DNA of 50,833 nucleotides from positions 1-50,833 of IMG/VR virus record IMGVR_UViG_3300027763_000080, one strand, 5' to 3'. This document shows, piece after piece, positions 38,101 to 46,856 of this stretch. How positions within the stretch are numbered: the stretch's first letter is position 1; each line of letters starts with the position of its first letter. Both the position numbers and the translations under genes were made by a program. The notes beneath the pieces are model-generated. The model was not told the origin of the DNA. It made no database searches and worked only from the letters and a program-made list of their open reading frames with translations. This DNA is from a virus (Duplodnaviria; Caudoviricetes).

Positions 38101-38459
38101 TTCCAACTCGTTGTACTGCAGGTTGTGTATCATTTATAGGTGGTGGATTTCAAAACAGAGCATCATCGAACCTGTCAATTATCGTAGGTGGTTGTAAAAA
38201 TCAAGTATCAGGAGAGGGATCTGTAATTTTAGGAGGTATTTCAAATTGTGCATTTTCATTATATTCAGGTATTTTAGGTGGTAGTACAAATGTTGTAAAT
38301 CAAGCTTGTTCATTTATTGTGGGTACAAACATTACAGCAGATAGGGTTTGTACAACATTCGTAAATAACTTATCAATTAAATCAATTCCAACTTCATCAG
38401 CAGGTTTACCAAGTGGTGCGGTTTATAGTAATGCAGGTATATTAACAATTATACCTTAA
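35160..38459 (+). CDS. Gly/Ser/Asn/Cys-rich repeat fibre-like protein 1
   Basis: Dozens of approx. 14-aa (S/F)xIxGGxxNxxSG repeats (beta-helix/adhesin-head-like). Confidence 0.75.
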   Translation: MSEFGFQSGGGGGSGPASCCWIVQCGTGALSTMRICSSNTASGTYSTVFGRCNSVSGNYGADYGVISGGFRNCSSSCFATISGGAYNCASGTYSFIGGGGYISGNGNVASGRASAIVGGGGYLFTNNTTSGCYSFIGGGSANLGSAKFSTISGGLCNTSSGFYSTISGGYCHIASGIASFVGGGHTNVASGRDGAITGGSQNRSIGCCSFVGAGFNNSACGNVSMIGAGVSNTTSGYNSVVVGGFGNASIGLQSTIVGGLKNYNNAFDGFIGGGNCNNVCNTTSGCLAFGAVVTGGVGNNTTGGTWTLASCCFTVAPTICNAGQYSFVGGGFQNRATSNNAVVSGGSQNTSSNSATTIGGGFNNNTSGGFSTIGGGLCNIASGCVDTIAGGWSNTASLANSFIGGGCLNTTSADATGILGGISNIASSACSFIVGSNITTNRVCTTFVNDLTIVSAAACSGCGVCVSTNGLLVPYTAGGGGAGIVVLGAGTTSTLRCGATNTASGNYSTVFGQCNTASGLRSAVVGGLKNLNNSIDGFVGGGNCNFACNSTSGCLSFGAVVVGGVGNNTTGGTWTLASCCFTVAPTICNAGQYSSVGGGCQNRAGGRASTASGGEKNVSIGDASVISGGSCNTSSGTNSTVGGGFCNNVSGFWATIGGGCSNCNAGQYSFIGSGQGNNVAGGSNNVITGGQNNTLSSQLSYATIVGGVQNNMSGTNSATYSVWRPYSFIGGGFLNSINTSFSGCYSTYNAQHFIGGGQQNLAGYTVSSDYAVFYPNTIGGGQQNNSTGVGATIGGGFANNATAQFSIVSGGSSNNASGGFSAIVGGDGNVASNSGSFVGGGVSNTASGYRSTLSGGYRNTASGRSSNVTGGRCNTTSSYYSTINGGCCNLICCNTLLATMGCGSVIGGGGCNTISNKCSTISGGYYNLSNAVDTFIGGGNYNTTCGTFAAGQTTGAVVVGGIGNNTTGGTWSSYNCNWTGFPTRCTAGCVSFIGGGFQNRASSNLSIIVGGCKNQVSGEGSVILGGISNCAFSLYSGILGGSTNVVNQACSFIVGTNITADRVCTTFVNNLSIKSIPTSSAGLPSGAVYSNAGILTIIP

Positions 38460-38471
38460 AAAAATATATAT

Positions 38472-40919
38472 ATGAGTGAATTTGGTTTTCAATCAGGCGG
38501 TGGAGGTGGATCCGGTCCCGCATCATGTTGTTGGATAGTACAATGTGGAACGGGTGCATTATCTACAATGAGGATATGTTCATCTAATACCGCAAGTGCT
38601 CCATATACATCAGTTTTTGGTAAATTAAATACTGGTTCTGCATGTTATTCAACAGTTTCTGGAGGATATTGTAATACAGCTTCTGGAATAGCGAGTAATG
38701 TTGGTGGAGGACATACAAATGTTGCATCAGGAAGAGATGGTTCTATTTCTGGTGGATCTCAGAATCGTGCCATTGGATGTTGCTCATTTGTTGGTGCAGG
38801 ATTCAACAATAGCGCTTGTGGAAATGTATCAGCAATTGGAGCAGGTGTTTCAAACACGACATCTGGTTATAATTCTTTTATTGGAGGTGGATTTACAAAT
38901 GCAGCAATTGGTTTACGTTCAGTAGTAGTTGGCGGTAATAAAAATTACAACAATGCTATTGGAGGATTTATTGGTAGTGGTAATTGCAACGCAACTTGTA
39001 ACTCAACATCAGGTTGTTTAGCTTATGGTGCAGTTGTAACAGGGGGAGTTGGTAACAATACAACAGGAGGTACTTGGAGTTTAGCGAGTTGTTGTTTCAC
39101 AGTTGCGCCTACTATTTGCAATGCAGGTCAATACTCATTCATAGGAGGCGGATTTCAGAATTTAACAACAATGTGTTTATCTACAATAAGTGGAGGATAT
39201 AAAAATAAAATAACTGGAAGTGGTCAAATAAACAGCATAATTGGTGGGTCAACAAATACTTTATGTAATAGTTCCTGTTCAATTGTTAGCGGAGGTAATT
39301 TAAACACCATTTGTTCAGTAAGTGGATTTATTGGTGGAGGAGAATCCAACTTAATTAGTAATTTTGGAGGCGCAGGTGGATGTAATGCACTAGTAGGAGG
39401 TAAAGCAAATTATATTTATACGGTAGGTGCATCTTCTGGACATAATTTCCTTGGAGGTGGTGGACAAAATATAGTTTATGCATCTGCATCGGGTGACTAT
39501 GATTATGATTTAGGTTATAATGTTGTTGTAGGAGGTCAATGTAATTGCACAACAGGATACCAAGATAATTTTGGAACTAAAGGTGGTGGAAATTTTGTAG
39601 GTGGTGGAGCATTAAATAAGGCTTGTGGATTTTGTCACGCTATTTTAGGAGGAGTTAATAATAATATTCATAATGGCTCTGGTAGTTTTATCGGTGGAGG
39701 TTCTGCAAATACAATGTCTTGTTTTTGCAGTGCGTATAATGCTATTGTAGGAGGTACTTCAAATTCCATATCTGGTATTACCGGAAACGCTTTTATTGGA
39801 GCAGGTACTTCAAATTCTATAACTAATCCTTTTTCAGTAATAGTTGGCGGAAACGGGAATAGTGCTTCTGGATATGGAGCATTTATAGGTTCTGGTTCAT
39901 TAAATATTGCTAGCGGACGTTTTTCATTTATTGGTCAAGGACTTTGCAATACGTCAAGCGGTTGTCGTTCAGCAATAGTAAATGGAATTAAAAACCTAAA
40001 TAACTCAATAGATGGTTTTATTGGTGGAGGTAACTGCAACTTTGCATGTAATTCAACGTCAGGTTGTTTATCTTATGGAGCAGTAGTAGCAGGTGGAGTT
40101 GGAAATAATACTTGTGCTGGAACATGGTCTTTAGCAGATTGTTGCTTTACAGTTAATCCAACAGTATTTAATGCAGGTCAATATTCAACGATAAGCGGAG
40201 GTTATAGAAATATGTCAACAGGAGCAAGTTCAACTGTTTCAGGAGGTCTTTTTAACCGAAACCGTTCTGCAGAATCAACCATTTCAGGAGGACGCGGGAA
40301 TACAATAACTAGTTGTACATGTAATTCAACTATTGGAGGTGGATTAAATAATTGTATAACAAATGTTACTTGTTGTAGCGTAATAGCAGGCGGTTCTCAA
40401 AATAATATAGGTTTTGATGGTTTTGCTGGTTATTTTGGAGATAGAGTTTTTATTGGTGGAGGATTTGGTAATTTTATATCAAATGGTATAGGAAATGTAA
40501 TTACTGGTGGTTTTTGTCATACTATTAGTGCTGATTGTGGTTTTATTGGAGGAGGTAGACAAAATAATGTTAGTTCTTTGGGTACTGTTGTAGCAGGAGG
40601 ATGTACAAATAGCGCATCAGGATTTTTAAGTAGTATTTTAGGTGGCGGTGGTAATCAAGTGACAAACTGTTATTCTACAATTAGTGGTGGTTATAATAAT
40701 AGCGCAGGATCTTGTTTTTCTGGTATTCTTGGAGGAGTTTGTAGCACTATTAGAAATTCAGATATTAAAACCTTTATAGTTGGTTCTGATATTTTAACAG
40801 ATAGAGCTTGCACAACATTTGTAAATAATCTATCAATTAAAAACATTCCAACATCATCAGCAGGTTTACCAAGTGGTGCAGTTTGGAGAAGTGGTGGTGC
40901 ATTACAAATTGTACCATAA
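38472..40919 (+). CDS. Gly/Ser/Asn/Cys-rich repeat fibre-like protein 2 (paralogue)
   Basis: First approx. 40 aa identical to 35160; shared C-terminus CTTFVNNLSIK.IPTSSAGLPSGAV. Confidence 0.75.
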   Translation: MSEFGFQSGGGGGSGPASCCWIVQCGTGALSTMRICSSNTASAPYTSVFGKLNTGSACYSTVSGGYCNTASGIASNVGGGHTNVASGRDGSISGGSQNRAIGCCSFVGAGFNNSACGNVSAIGAGVSNTTSGYNSFIGGGFTNAAIGLRSVVVGGNKNYNNAIGGFIGSGNCNATCNSTSGCLAYGAVVTGGVGNNTTGGTWSLASCCFTVAPTICNAGQYSFIGGGFQNLTTMCLSTISGGYKNKITGSGQINSIIGGSTNTLCNSSCSIVSGGNLNTICSVSGFIGGGESNLISNFGGAGGCNALVGGKANYIYTVGASSGHNFLGGGGQNIVYASASGDYDYDLGYNVVVGGQCNCTTGYQDNFGTKGGGNFVGGGALNKACGFCHAILGGVNNNIHNGSGSFIGGGSANTMSCFCSAYNAIVGGTSNSISGITGNAFIGAGTSNSITNPFSVIVGGNGNSASGYGAFIGSGSLNIASGRFSFIGQGLCNTSSGCRSAIVNGIKNLNNSIDGFIGGGNCNFACNSTSGCLSYGAVVAGGVGNNTCAGTWSLADCCFTVNPTVFNAGQYSTISGGYRNMSTGASSTVSGGLFNRNRSAESTISGGRGNTITSCTCNSTIGGGLNNCITNVTCCSVIAGGSQNNIGFDGFAGYFGDRVFIGGGFGNFISNGIGNVITGGFCHTISADCGFIGGGRQNNVSSLGTVVAGGCTNSASGFLSSILGGGGNQVTNCYSTISGGYNNSAGSCFSGILGGVCSTIRNSDIKTFIVGSDILTDRACTTFVNNLSIKNIPTSSAGLPSGAVWRSGGALQIVP

Positions 40920-40965
40920 ATGAAAAATAATAATTAATTTTAACAAATAAAATAAAAACATAAAA

Positions 40966-41313
40966 ATGGCAACAGAAACAACTTGGAGTACATTACATAT
41001 TTTCGGATATGGAGAAACTCAATTAATTGGAACAGATTTTAACAAAAAAGTTCCTTCATCAGTTTTAACAACACTTCAACCAGTAGTTGATAACGTTTAT
41101 TCTTTTAAACCAGAAGGTAATACAGCAACGGAACAATACCATGCGATAAACATCTTTAACCACATATTTGCTGATTGGCAATCAGGTCAACAAGGAGTGG
41201 AAGGTTGGAGAACTGAATATACTGAATTAAACGCAACATTGATTGATGCATTAGTAGCTGAAGTTCAAGCTTATGTTGAACCAGTTGTAGTAGAAGAAAC
41301 AGCAAATATTTAA
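40966..41313 (+). CDS. Hypothetical protein (possible fibre accessory/chaperone)
   Basis: 115-aa acidic ORF directly after the fibres. Confidence 0.6.
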   Translation: MATETTWSTLHIFGYGETQLIGTDFNKKVPSSVLTTLQPVVDNVYSFKPEGNTATEQYHAINIFNHIFADWQSGQQGVEGWRTEYTELNATLIDALVAEVQAYVEPVVVEETANI

Positions 41314-41334
41314 TAATTCAAAAAACAAATAAGT

Positions 41335-42216
41335 ATGCAAACAAATGTAATTTTTCAAATTGATGGTGGTATTGGTAAATCAATTATGGCAACTGCTGTA
41401 TGCGAGGCGATTAAAAAACAATACCCAAAAGACCAATTAATCGTTATTACTTCTTATCCAGAAGTTTTCTTGTGTAATCCACATGTAGATAAATGTCTTT
41501 CACATAATAACCTTAATTACTTTTACCAGGATTTCATTGAAGGTAAAAAAGTAAAAACATTCTTACATAATCCGTATTTAGAAACAAGTCACATTCAACA
41601 AGAGTGTCACTTAATCAAAACATGGTGTGAAATGTTTGGTGTTGAATATAACGGTGAAGAACCTAAATTGTATTTAACAAATAGAGAAATTAATTTTTAT
41701 TCCCAACAATTTCAATCAGACAAACCATTATTCGTTATTCATACAAACGGAGGTGGATCTGACCAACAAATTAAGTATTCATGGATGCGTGATATTCCAA
41801 ATCAAACAGCTCAGGAAGTTGTAAACGCATTTAAAGAAGAATACAATGTAGTTCATATTCGTAGAGAAGACCAATTGCCATTGAATGATACAACGCCTGT
41901 AACGTCAGATTTTCGTGCATTAGTAGTATTACTTCAATTGTCTTCAAAACGTCTTCTAATTGACTCTTTTGCACAACACGTTGCGAAAGCATTGGATCTT
42001 GATTCTGTTGTTTGTTGGATTGGTAATAAACCTAGTGTTTTTGGTTATGAGAATAACACTAACATTCAAGCAAATAAAGAAACTGCAACACCTGAGTTGA
42101 AGCAAGCTGTATTCTCAAAATACAACATCGCTGGTAACTTGTTGGAGTTTCCTTATAATGATGAGAAAGAAATATTCAACGTAGAAGAAATCATTGAAGC
42201 TGTAAAAGCACAATAA
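41335..42216 (+). CDS. GT-B/GT9 (heptosyltransferase-like) glycosyltransferase
   Basis: GGIGKSIMATAV..AIKKQYP, NPHVD, IDSFAQHVAKAL. Confidence 0.75.
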   Translation: MQTNVIFQIDGGIGKSIMATAVCEAIKKQYPKDQLIVITSYPEVFLCNPHVDKCLSHNNLNYFYQDFIEGKKVKTFLHNPYLETSHIQQECHLIKTWCEMFGVEYNGEEPKLYLTNREINFYSQQFQSDKPLFVIHTNGGGSDQQIKYSWMRDIPNQTAQEVVNAFKEEYNVVHIRREDQLPLNDTTPVTSDFRALVVLLQLSSKRLLIDSFAQHVAKALDLDSVVCWIGNKPSVFGYENNTNIQANKETATPELKQAVFSKYNIAGNLLEFPYNDEKEIFNVEEIIEAVKAQ

Positions 42217-43049
42217 TGATTGATAAAATATATTTTCAAAGTAGTATGCCAAGGAGTGGTAGTACTATTTTCCAAAATATCATAGGACAAAATCCTGATT
42301 TCTACGTTACTCCGACATCTGGTATGTTGGAATTGGTATTTGGGGCGAGAGCAAATTTTACAACATCTCCTGAGTTTAAAGCTCAAGATGCACAATTGAT
42401 GGAACAAGGATTCATTAATTTCTGTAAACAAGGGATGGAAGGGTATTTCAACGGAATTACCGATAAGAAGTATGTAATGGACAAGAGTAGAGGTTGGGGA
42501 GTTTACCGACCTTTCTTAGAATCGTTTTATCCAGATCCAAAAGTAATCTGTTTAGTTCGCGATTTACGTTCTGTTGTTTCTTCTTATGAAAAGATTTATA
42601 GAAAAAACCCATTGAAACACGACCCAATTCGAGATGATTCGACAGGACGTGGTACAATCGTTCACAAACGTGTGGATGAATGGATGGCTGCAACAAATAC
42701 AATTGGTCGTGCAGTAGAAAGAATTCAAGAAATGATTCGTTTAGGTCAAGATTCAAAAGTTCTTTTTATTCGTTATGAAGATTTGTGTTTGAACCCAGAA
42801 TTTGAGATGCGTAGAGTGTATGACTATTTAGGATTGCCACAATTTGAGCATGATTTTGATAATATTCAACAGATTACAAAAGAGGATGATGAGGTTTATG
42901 GTTTGACTGCTGATTTACACACAATCAGACCTTCGTTAACACTTAATCAACCCGATTTTAAACACGTTTTAGGCGTTGATATATGTAATTGGTTATATGA
43001 TACGTACAAATGGTATTTTGAAAAGTTTAATTACAAGAAAAACTCGTAA
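42216..43049 (+). CDS. PAPS-dependent sulfotransferase
   Basis: 5'-PSB motif MPRSGST, 3'-PB motif RDLRSVVSS, IRYEDL. Confidence 0.9.
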   Translation: MIDKIYFQSSMPRSGSTIFQNIIGQNPDFYVTPTSGMLELVFGARANFTTSPEFKAQDAQLMEQGFINFCKQGMEGYFNGITDKKYVMDKSRGWGVYRPFLESFYPDPKVICLVRDLRSVVSSYEKIYRKNPLKHDPIRDDSTGRGTIVHKRVDEWMAATNTIGRAVERIQEMIRLGQDSKVLFIRYEDLCLNPEFEMRRVYDYLGLPQFEHDFDNIQQITKEDDEVYGLTADLHTIRPSLTLNQPDFKHVLGVDICNWLYDTYKWYFEKFNYKKNS

Positions 43050-43109
43050 TTTTACAACATAACATTAAAAAATAAATAGGCATGATATAAATTGATAATT
43101 TTGATTAAT

Positions 43110-43619
43110 ATGAAATTGAACAAGAATTTAAAGTACGTTTTATTATTGGCAACAGTTGGTGTTACAATAAGTACTGCATTGTGGTTAAAGAAACAATATA
43201 ACAAGTTGATGAAAAACACTTACAAGGTTAAGTCGTTTTTGATTAAAAAAGCCAGTTTAGATGCTGTTACTTTTGATATTGTTTATGCCTATGAAAATAA
43301 TACAGACATAGACATTAATCTTGTTGGTCAAAAATATGATATTTATGTTGATGGTAAGTTCATTACTCAAATCAAAAGTGATGTGCCTGTTGTTTTAAAA
43401 GCAAATGCAGTTTCAGATATTCCATTGACAATTACTGTAAATCCAAAAGATTTATATGCGAAATTTCAAGGCAATTTAATCACAGCATTAACATCGCCTC
43501 AGAAGTTAAAAATAAAAATGGATTCAACATTTAAAATTAAGTTAGGTATCTTCACAATTCCTGTACCTTATCCGTATGAATGGACACAAGGGGTACCTGC
43601 TATTTTAGGTAAAAAATAA
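43110..43619 (+). CDS. LEA_2/WHy-like domain protein with N-terminal TM
   Basis: Start re-assigned to ATG 43110; ENNTDIDINL...YDIYVDG...LKANAVSDIPL. Confidence 0.65.
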   Translation: MKLNKNLKYVLLLATVGVTISTALWLKKQYNKLMKNTYKVKSFLIKKASLDAVTFDIVYAYENNTDIDINLVGQKYDIYVDGKFITQIKSDVPVVLKANAVSDIPLTITVNPKDLYAKFQGNLITALTSPQKLKIKMDSTFKIKLGIFTIPVPYPYEWTQGVPAILGKK

Positions 43620-43643
43620 TATTCAATATAAAAATCAATCAGT

Positions 43644-43877
43644 ATGTTAGGAAATTTATTAGGTAGTTTAATTGATAAAGAGCAAATCACTCACGACACA
43701 ATTCAAACTACATTAGAGAAGTTATCAGAGGAATTAAATTGTACACACAAAGATTTGTTTATCATGATTAAACCGGTTGATGAAACGTTTACAATGAGGT
43801 TCTGGGTTTACAAACTAGAAGAAAAAGGTCCAAAACTAGTTAGAGAAATACCTCTATCAGAAGTTTTGGGTGATTAA
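43644..43877 (+). CDS. Hypothetical protein
   Basis: 77-aa ORF. Confidence 0.7.
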   Translation: MLGNLLGSLIDKEQITHDTIQTTLEKLSEELNCTHKDLFIMIKPVDETFTMRFWVYKLEEKGPKLVREIPLSEVLGD

Positions 43878-43910
43878 TACATGGTAAAACAAACAACTAA
43901 ATAATATCTG

Positions 43911-43942
43911 AGTGCGTACCAACAATGTTGTGTACGCATTTT
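43911..43942 (+). terminator. Hairpin, probable terminator
   Basis: AGTGCGTAC/GTACGCATT stem followed by T-run. Confidence 0.55.
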
Positions 43943-43960
43943 GTGTTTAAATTAATTTAT

Positions 43961-44296
43961 ATGAATACAGAAAATCTTGAATTAGAAAGTCACATCAAAA
44001 AAGCAACACAATACACAAATTTTATTAGTGGAATAGTTGCAGTTATTTGCGCAATGTCTGTTGGATATGGTTTTTATTATAATACATCAGAAACTTTGGA
44101 TGAACACACGAAAGATATAAAAGAGGTTAAACAAGATGTGAATATAATCAAGAATGATATTCAAGCGGTTGATGTTTTCAAAGGTGTATCACAATTTGAA
44201 GTTAAAACACTGGAGGAAAAAATTATGAAGTTAGAAGGTGATGTATCAAAAATGGATGATAAACTTGACCAGATATTATTACAAACGCGTAGATAA
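43961..44296 (+). CDS. TM plus coiled-coil protein (holin/lysis-associated-like)
   Basis: Start re-assigned to ATG 43961; one TM then heptad repeats. Confidence 0.65.
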   Translation: MNTENLELESHIKKATQYTNFISGIVAVICAMSVGYGFYYNTSETLDEHTKDIKEVKQDVNIIKNDIQAVDVFKGVSQFEVKTLEEKIMKLEGDVSKMDDKLDQILLQTRR

Positions 44297-44847
44297 TGAA
44301 AAACATTACTGAAAAACAAAGTAAATTCATTATAGGAGCAGCGGTAGTTTCTTTAATTGTTTTTGTAATTTATAAATTACGAAATAAATTTAATTCTTCA
44401 ACATTCGTTGTTAAAGGTTCTTATACAGTTCCTCAAAACACACCAAACAGACAAGATGCATTACATTCATTTGAGAAAAGAAAATCTGATGGTTTTGGAG
44501 GTAGAATGTCTACTGCTATCAATGCTAAATTAAGAGAATTATATAAAACTGGGGTTAATCCAGATTTATTAGATTTAAAAATAGTTATTGATGGAAAATT
44601 ATACAAAGTAGATTGGGAAGCAACAATAGGACCTAGTAAAGATGGTAAAGCTTATGTTGGTATGTCAACTGTTGGATCTACTGGAAGTAATGCAGATTCA
44701 AGAGCAAAAGGACAAGTTGAAGCTATGAAAAAATGGGTTAAAGGCGCAGATGATTATACATTGACTTTGGATTTCGTGAACAAAAGCCCATACATAAGAC
44801 AATACTTCTATAAATACACTAAACCTAGCGAATATCCCGCGCATTAA
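44296..44847 (+). CDS. Membrane-anchored hypothetical protein
   Basis: N-terminal TM FIIGAAVVSLIVFVIY. Confidence 0.75.
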   Translation: MKNITEKQSKFIIGAAVVSLIVFVIYKLRNKFNSSTFVVKGSYTVPQNTPNRQDALHSFEKRKSDGFGGRMSTAINAKLRELYKTGVNPDLLDLKIVIDGKLYKVDWEATIGPSKDGKAYVGMSTVGSTGSNADSRAKGQVEAMKKWVKGADDYTLTLDFVNKSPYIRQYFYKYTKPSEYPAH

Positions 44848-44860
44848 ATAAACTTTCATT

Positions 44861-45562
44861 ATGCAAATCGAACCAAAAAGTATTCGCGCGATAATTTCAA
44901 CACTAAATAGTAAAGGTTATAAACTTTTTACGCGACCTAATGAATTAAACATTGTTGGTGTGCGTAACAATTCGACACAACCAAATAAGTTTGATGATTT
45001 AATTTATGTTTTTTGGAAAAATAATTCTGGGCAATGGGAAGGTAAATATTTTACCGCAACAACAGATCCAGGAACATATTTCCTTAAAAACCCATTAAGT
45101 ACTTTAGGTGCTGCAATTCTTAAACAAGGTCAATATGTTGATTCTTATGCAATAGATAAACATAGAGGTAAGTACGATGCATTAACTCAAAAAAAACCAG
45201 TTACTGTTATTCGTGATTATGATAGAAATGCTATTCTAGATTTCAATAATGGTAGAGAAGAAACCGGGTTATTTGGCATAAATATTCATAAGGCAGGAGT
45301 TGACTCATCAGATGTTGATAAATGGTCAGCAGGATGCCAGGTATTTCAAAAGACAGCAGACTTTGAAGATTTTATGAATTTAGCGCGTAAGCACAAAGAA
45401 CTTTACGGAAACAAGTTCACATACACCTTGATTGATGAACGTGCATACAATCGCGGTTTAAAACGAAAAGGAACATACTTACTTGCAGGTTTACTTATCG
45501 CAGGTGCATTGTGGGTTGGTATTCGTTCTTACAAAAGAAAATCAATAACAAAATTAAATTAA
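44861..45562 (+). CDS. YkuD/L,D-transpeptidase-like cell-wall enzyme with C-terminal anchor
   Basis: ATTDPG, GINIH...WSAGCQ (His/Cys dyad), C-terminal TM plus basic tail. Confidence 0.65.
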   Translation: MQIEPKSIRAIISTLNSKGYKLFTRPNELNIVGVRNNSTQPNKFDDLIYVFWKNNSGQWEGKYFTATTDPGTYFLKNPLSTLGAAILKQGQYVDSYAIDKHRGKYDALTQKKPVTVIRDYDRNAILDFNNGREETGLFGINIHKAGVDSSDVDKWSAGCQVFQKTADFEDFMNLARKHKELYGNKFTYTLIDERAYNRGLKRKGTYLLAGLLIAGALWVGIRSYKRKSITKLN

Positions 45563-45563
45563 T

Positions 45564-45749
45564 ATGGACACAACACAAGTAGCAAATACACCTGACTTTG
45601 GAGTATTTAATCAATTAGGAAATTACGGACCCATCGGATTAGCTGCATTAGCATTAGGTTATGTAGCATGGTTATTCATTAAAAGACATTTAGCAGAAAA
45701 AGATAGATTGAAAGAAGAACTTTTAGCTAAATCAAAACGTAAAAAATAA
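45564..45749 (+). CDS. Holin-like small membrane protein
   Basis: FGVFNQLGNYGPIGLAALALGYVAW; paralogue of next ORF. Confidence 0.55.
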   Translation: MDTTQVANTPDFGVFNQLGNYGPIGLAALALGYVAWLFIKRHLAEKDRLKEELLAKSKRKK

Positions 45750-45754
45750 TTATT

Positions 45755-46000
45755 ATGTCTTTTGGTATATTTGAAAGTTTAACGCAATATGGTATCCTTG
45801 GGTTTGCAGTTTTGGGCCTGGGTTATTTGTGTTGGATTTTCTTGAATAAATTGATGAAAAGCGAGGAGGATTATCGTAAACGTGTAGAAGATTTAGAAAA
45901 CGAAATTCTTTCAGATATAGATAGTTCATTGAAACAATCAACTGAAAGTGTAAAAAGTTTGAAAGAAACTATATTGATATTCCTATCAAACAAAAAGTAA
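45755..46000 (+). CDS. Holin-like small membrane protein
   Basis: FGIFESLTQYGILGFAVLGLGYLCW plus coiled coil. Confidence 0.55.
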   Translation: MSFGIFESLTQYGILGFAVLGLGYLCWIFLNKLMKSEEDYRKRVEDLENEILSDIDSSLKQSTESVKSLKETILIFLSNKK

Positions 46001-46001
46001 G

Positions 46002-46397
46002 ATGAAAAAGAAGAAACGAATCATTTTAGGTTCTGCAATTGCTTTCATTTGTATTGTTTGTTTACAGGTATTTCATACAGGGCATGGTCACGTTAAAGTT
46101 GTTCAAAAGAACGTTAGTTTAACGAATGAAAACAAAGCTCTGACGAGTGAGAATAAAGGTTTAAAAACAAGCGTTGCGAATTTAGAAGCGAAGAACGAAG
46201 AACTTGTTGAGGATAAACAACAAATGCAACAAATGGTTAGTGCAGTTATAGGTGATTTAGACAGCACAAAAAGTATTGTAAAAAAGATTAAAAAGGAATT
46301 AACAGATGAAAAAAACACTAATGCTCGTATGTCTTCTGGTGACGAGTTTGATTTCCAGCCAATCAAACTACCCGCTGAAGACGGTAATCAAAGGTGA
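46002..46397 (+). CDS. i-spanin-like protein (TM plus long coiled coil)
   Basis: KKKKR-TM-heptads; overlaps next gene by 92 nt. Confidence 0.55.
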   Translation: MKKKKRIILGSAIAFICIVCLQVFHTGHGHVKVVQKNVSLTNENKALTSENKGLKTSVANLEAKNEELVEDKQQMQQMVSAVIGDLDSTKSIVKKIKKELTDEKNTNARMSSGDEFDFQPIKLPAEDGNQR

Positions 46398-46854
46398 TTC
46401 TGTTGTTATCCTAACTGTTAAACAAGCAGATGACATCAATAACATTTTTGAAAGCCAAAAAGCGAAAATAGCTGCATTTAAAAAAGACATTATTGTGCGT
46501 GATAGTATTATTGCTATTCGTGATACGTTGTTATTAGAAAGAGAACGGATAATTGTTAGACATGAGTTTGATTATGAAATAGCAAAACGTTTAGATGTAT
46601 TAGAACAATGGATATTAAATGCATCAATTAATGGTACGTGGATATATTATTCATGGGAGGATACTTTGATTTATGCAGTTGATTTAAGTCAGTATTTAGT
46701 GAAGAAAGATGACATGACTGGAGATATTTTCTTCTATAAGTGTGATGATACATTGGATCCATATAAAGAACAAGACGAACCACACAAAGGTTGGCAAAAA
46801 GACATTATTAAAACCAAACGACCTAAGGTAACAAAGGTCCCAATTAAATTATAA
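46306..46854 (+). CDS. Secreted spanin-partner-like protein
   Basis: Signal peptide ending SQ; YP...VI..D.V.I motif shared with 48665. Confidence 0.55.
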   Translation: MKKTLMLVCLLVTSLISSQSNYPLKTVIKGDSVVILTVKQADDINNIFESQKAKIAAFKKDIIVRDSIIAIRDTLLLERERIIVRHEFDYEIAKRLDVLEQWILNASINGTWIYYSWEDTLIYAVDLSQYLVKKDDMTGDIFFYKCDDTLDPYKEQDEPHKGWQKDIIKTKRPKVTKVPIKL

Positions 46855-46856
46855 AT

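Noticed and set aside
35160-40919. Diversity-generating retroelement TR/VR pair or ice-nucleation protein
   Set aside because: No reverse transcriptase in the window; repeat differences are mostly synonymous rather than adenine-specific; repeats do not match the AGYGSTxT pattern
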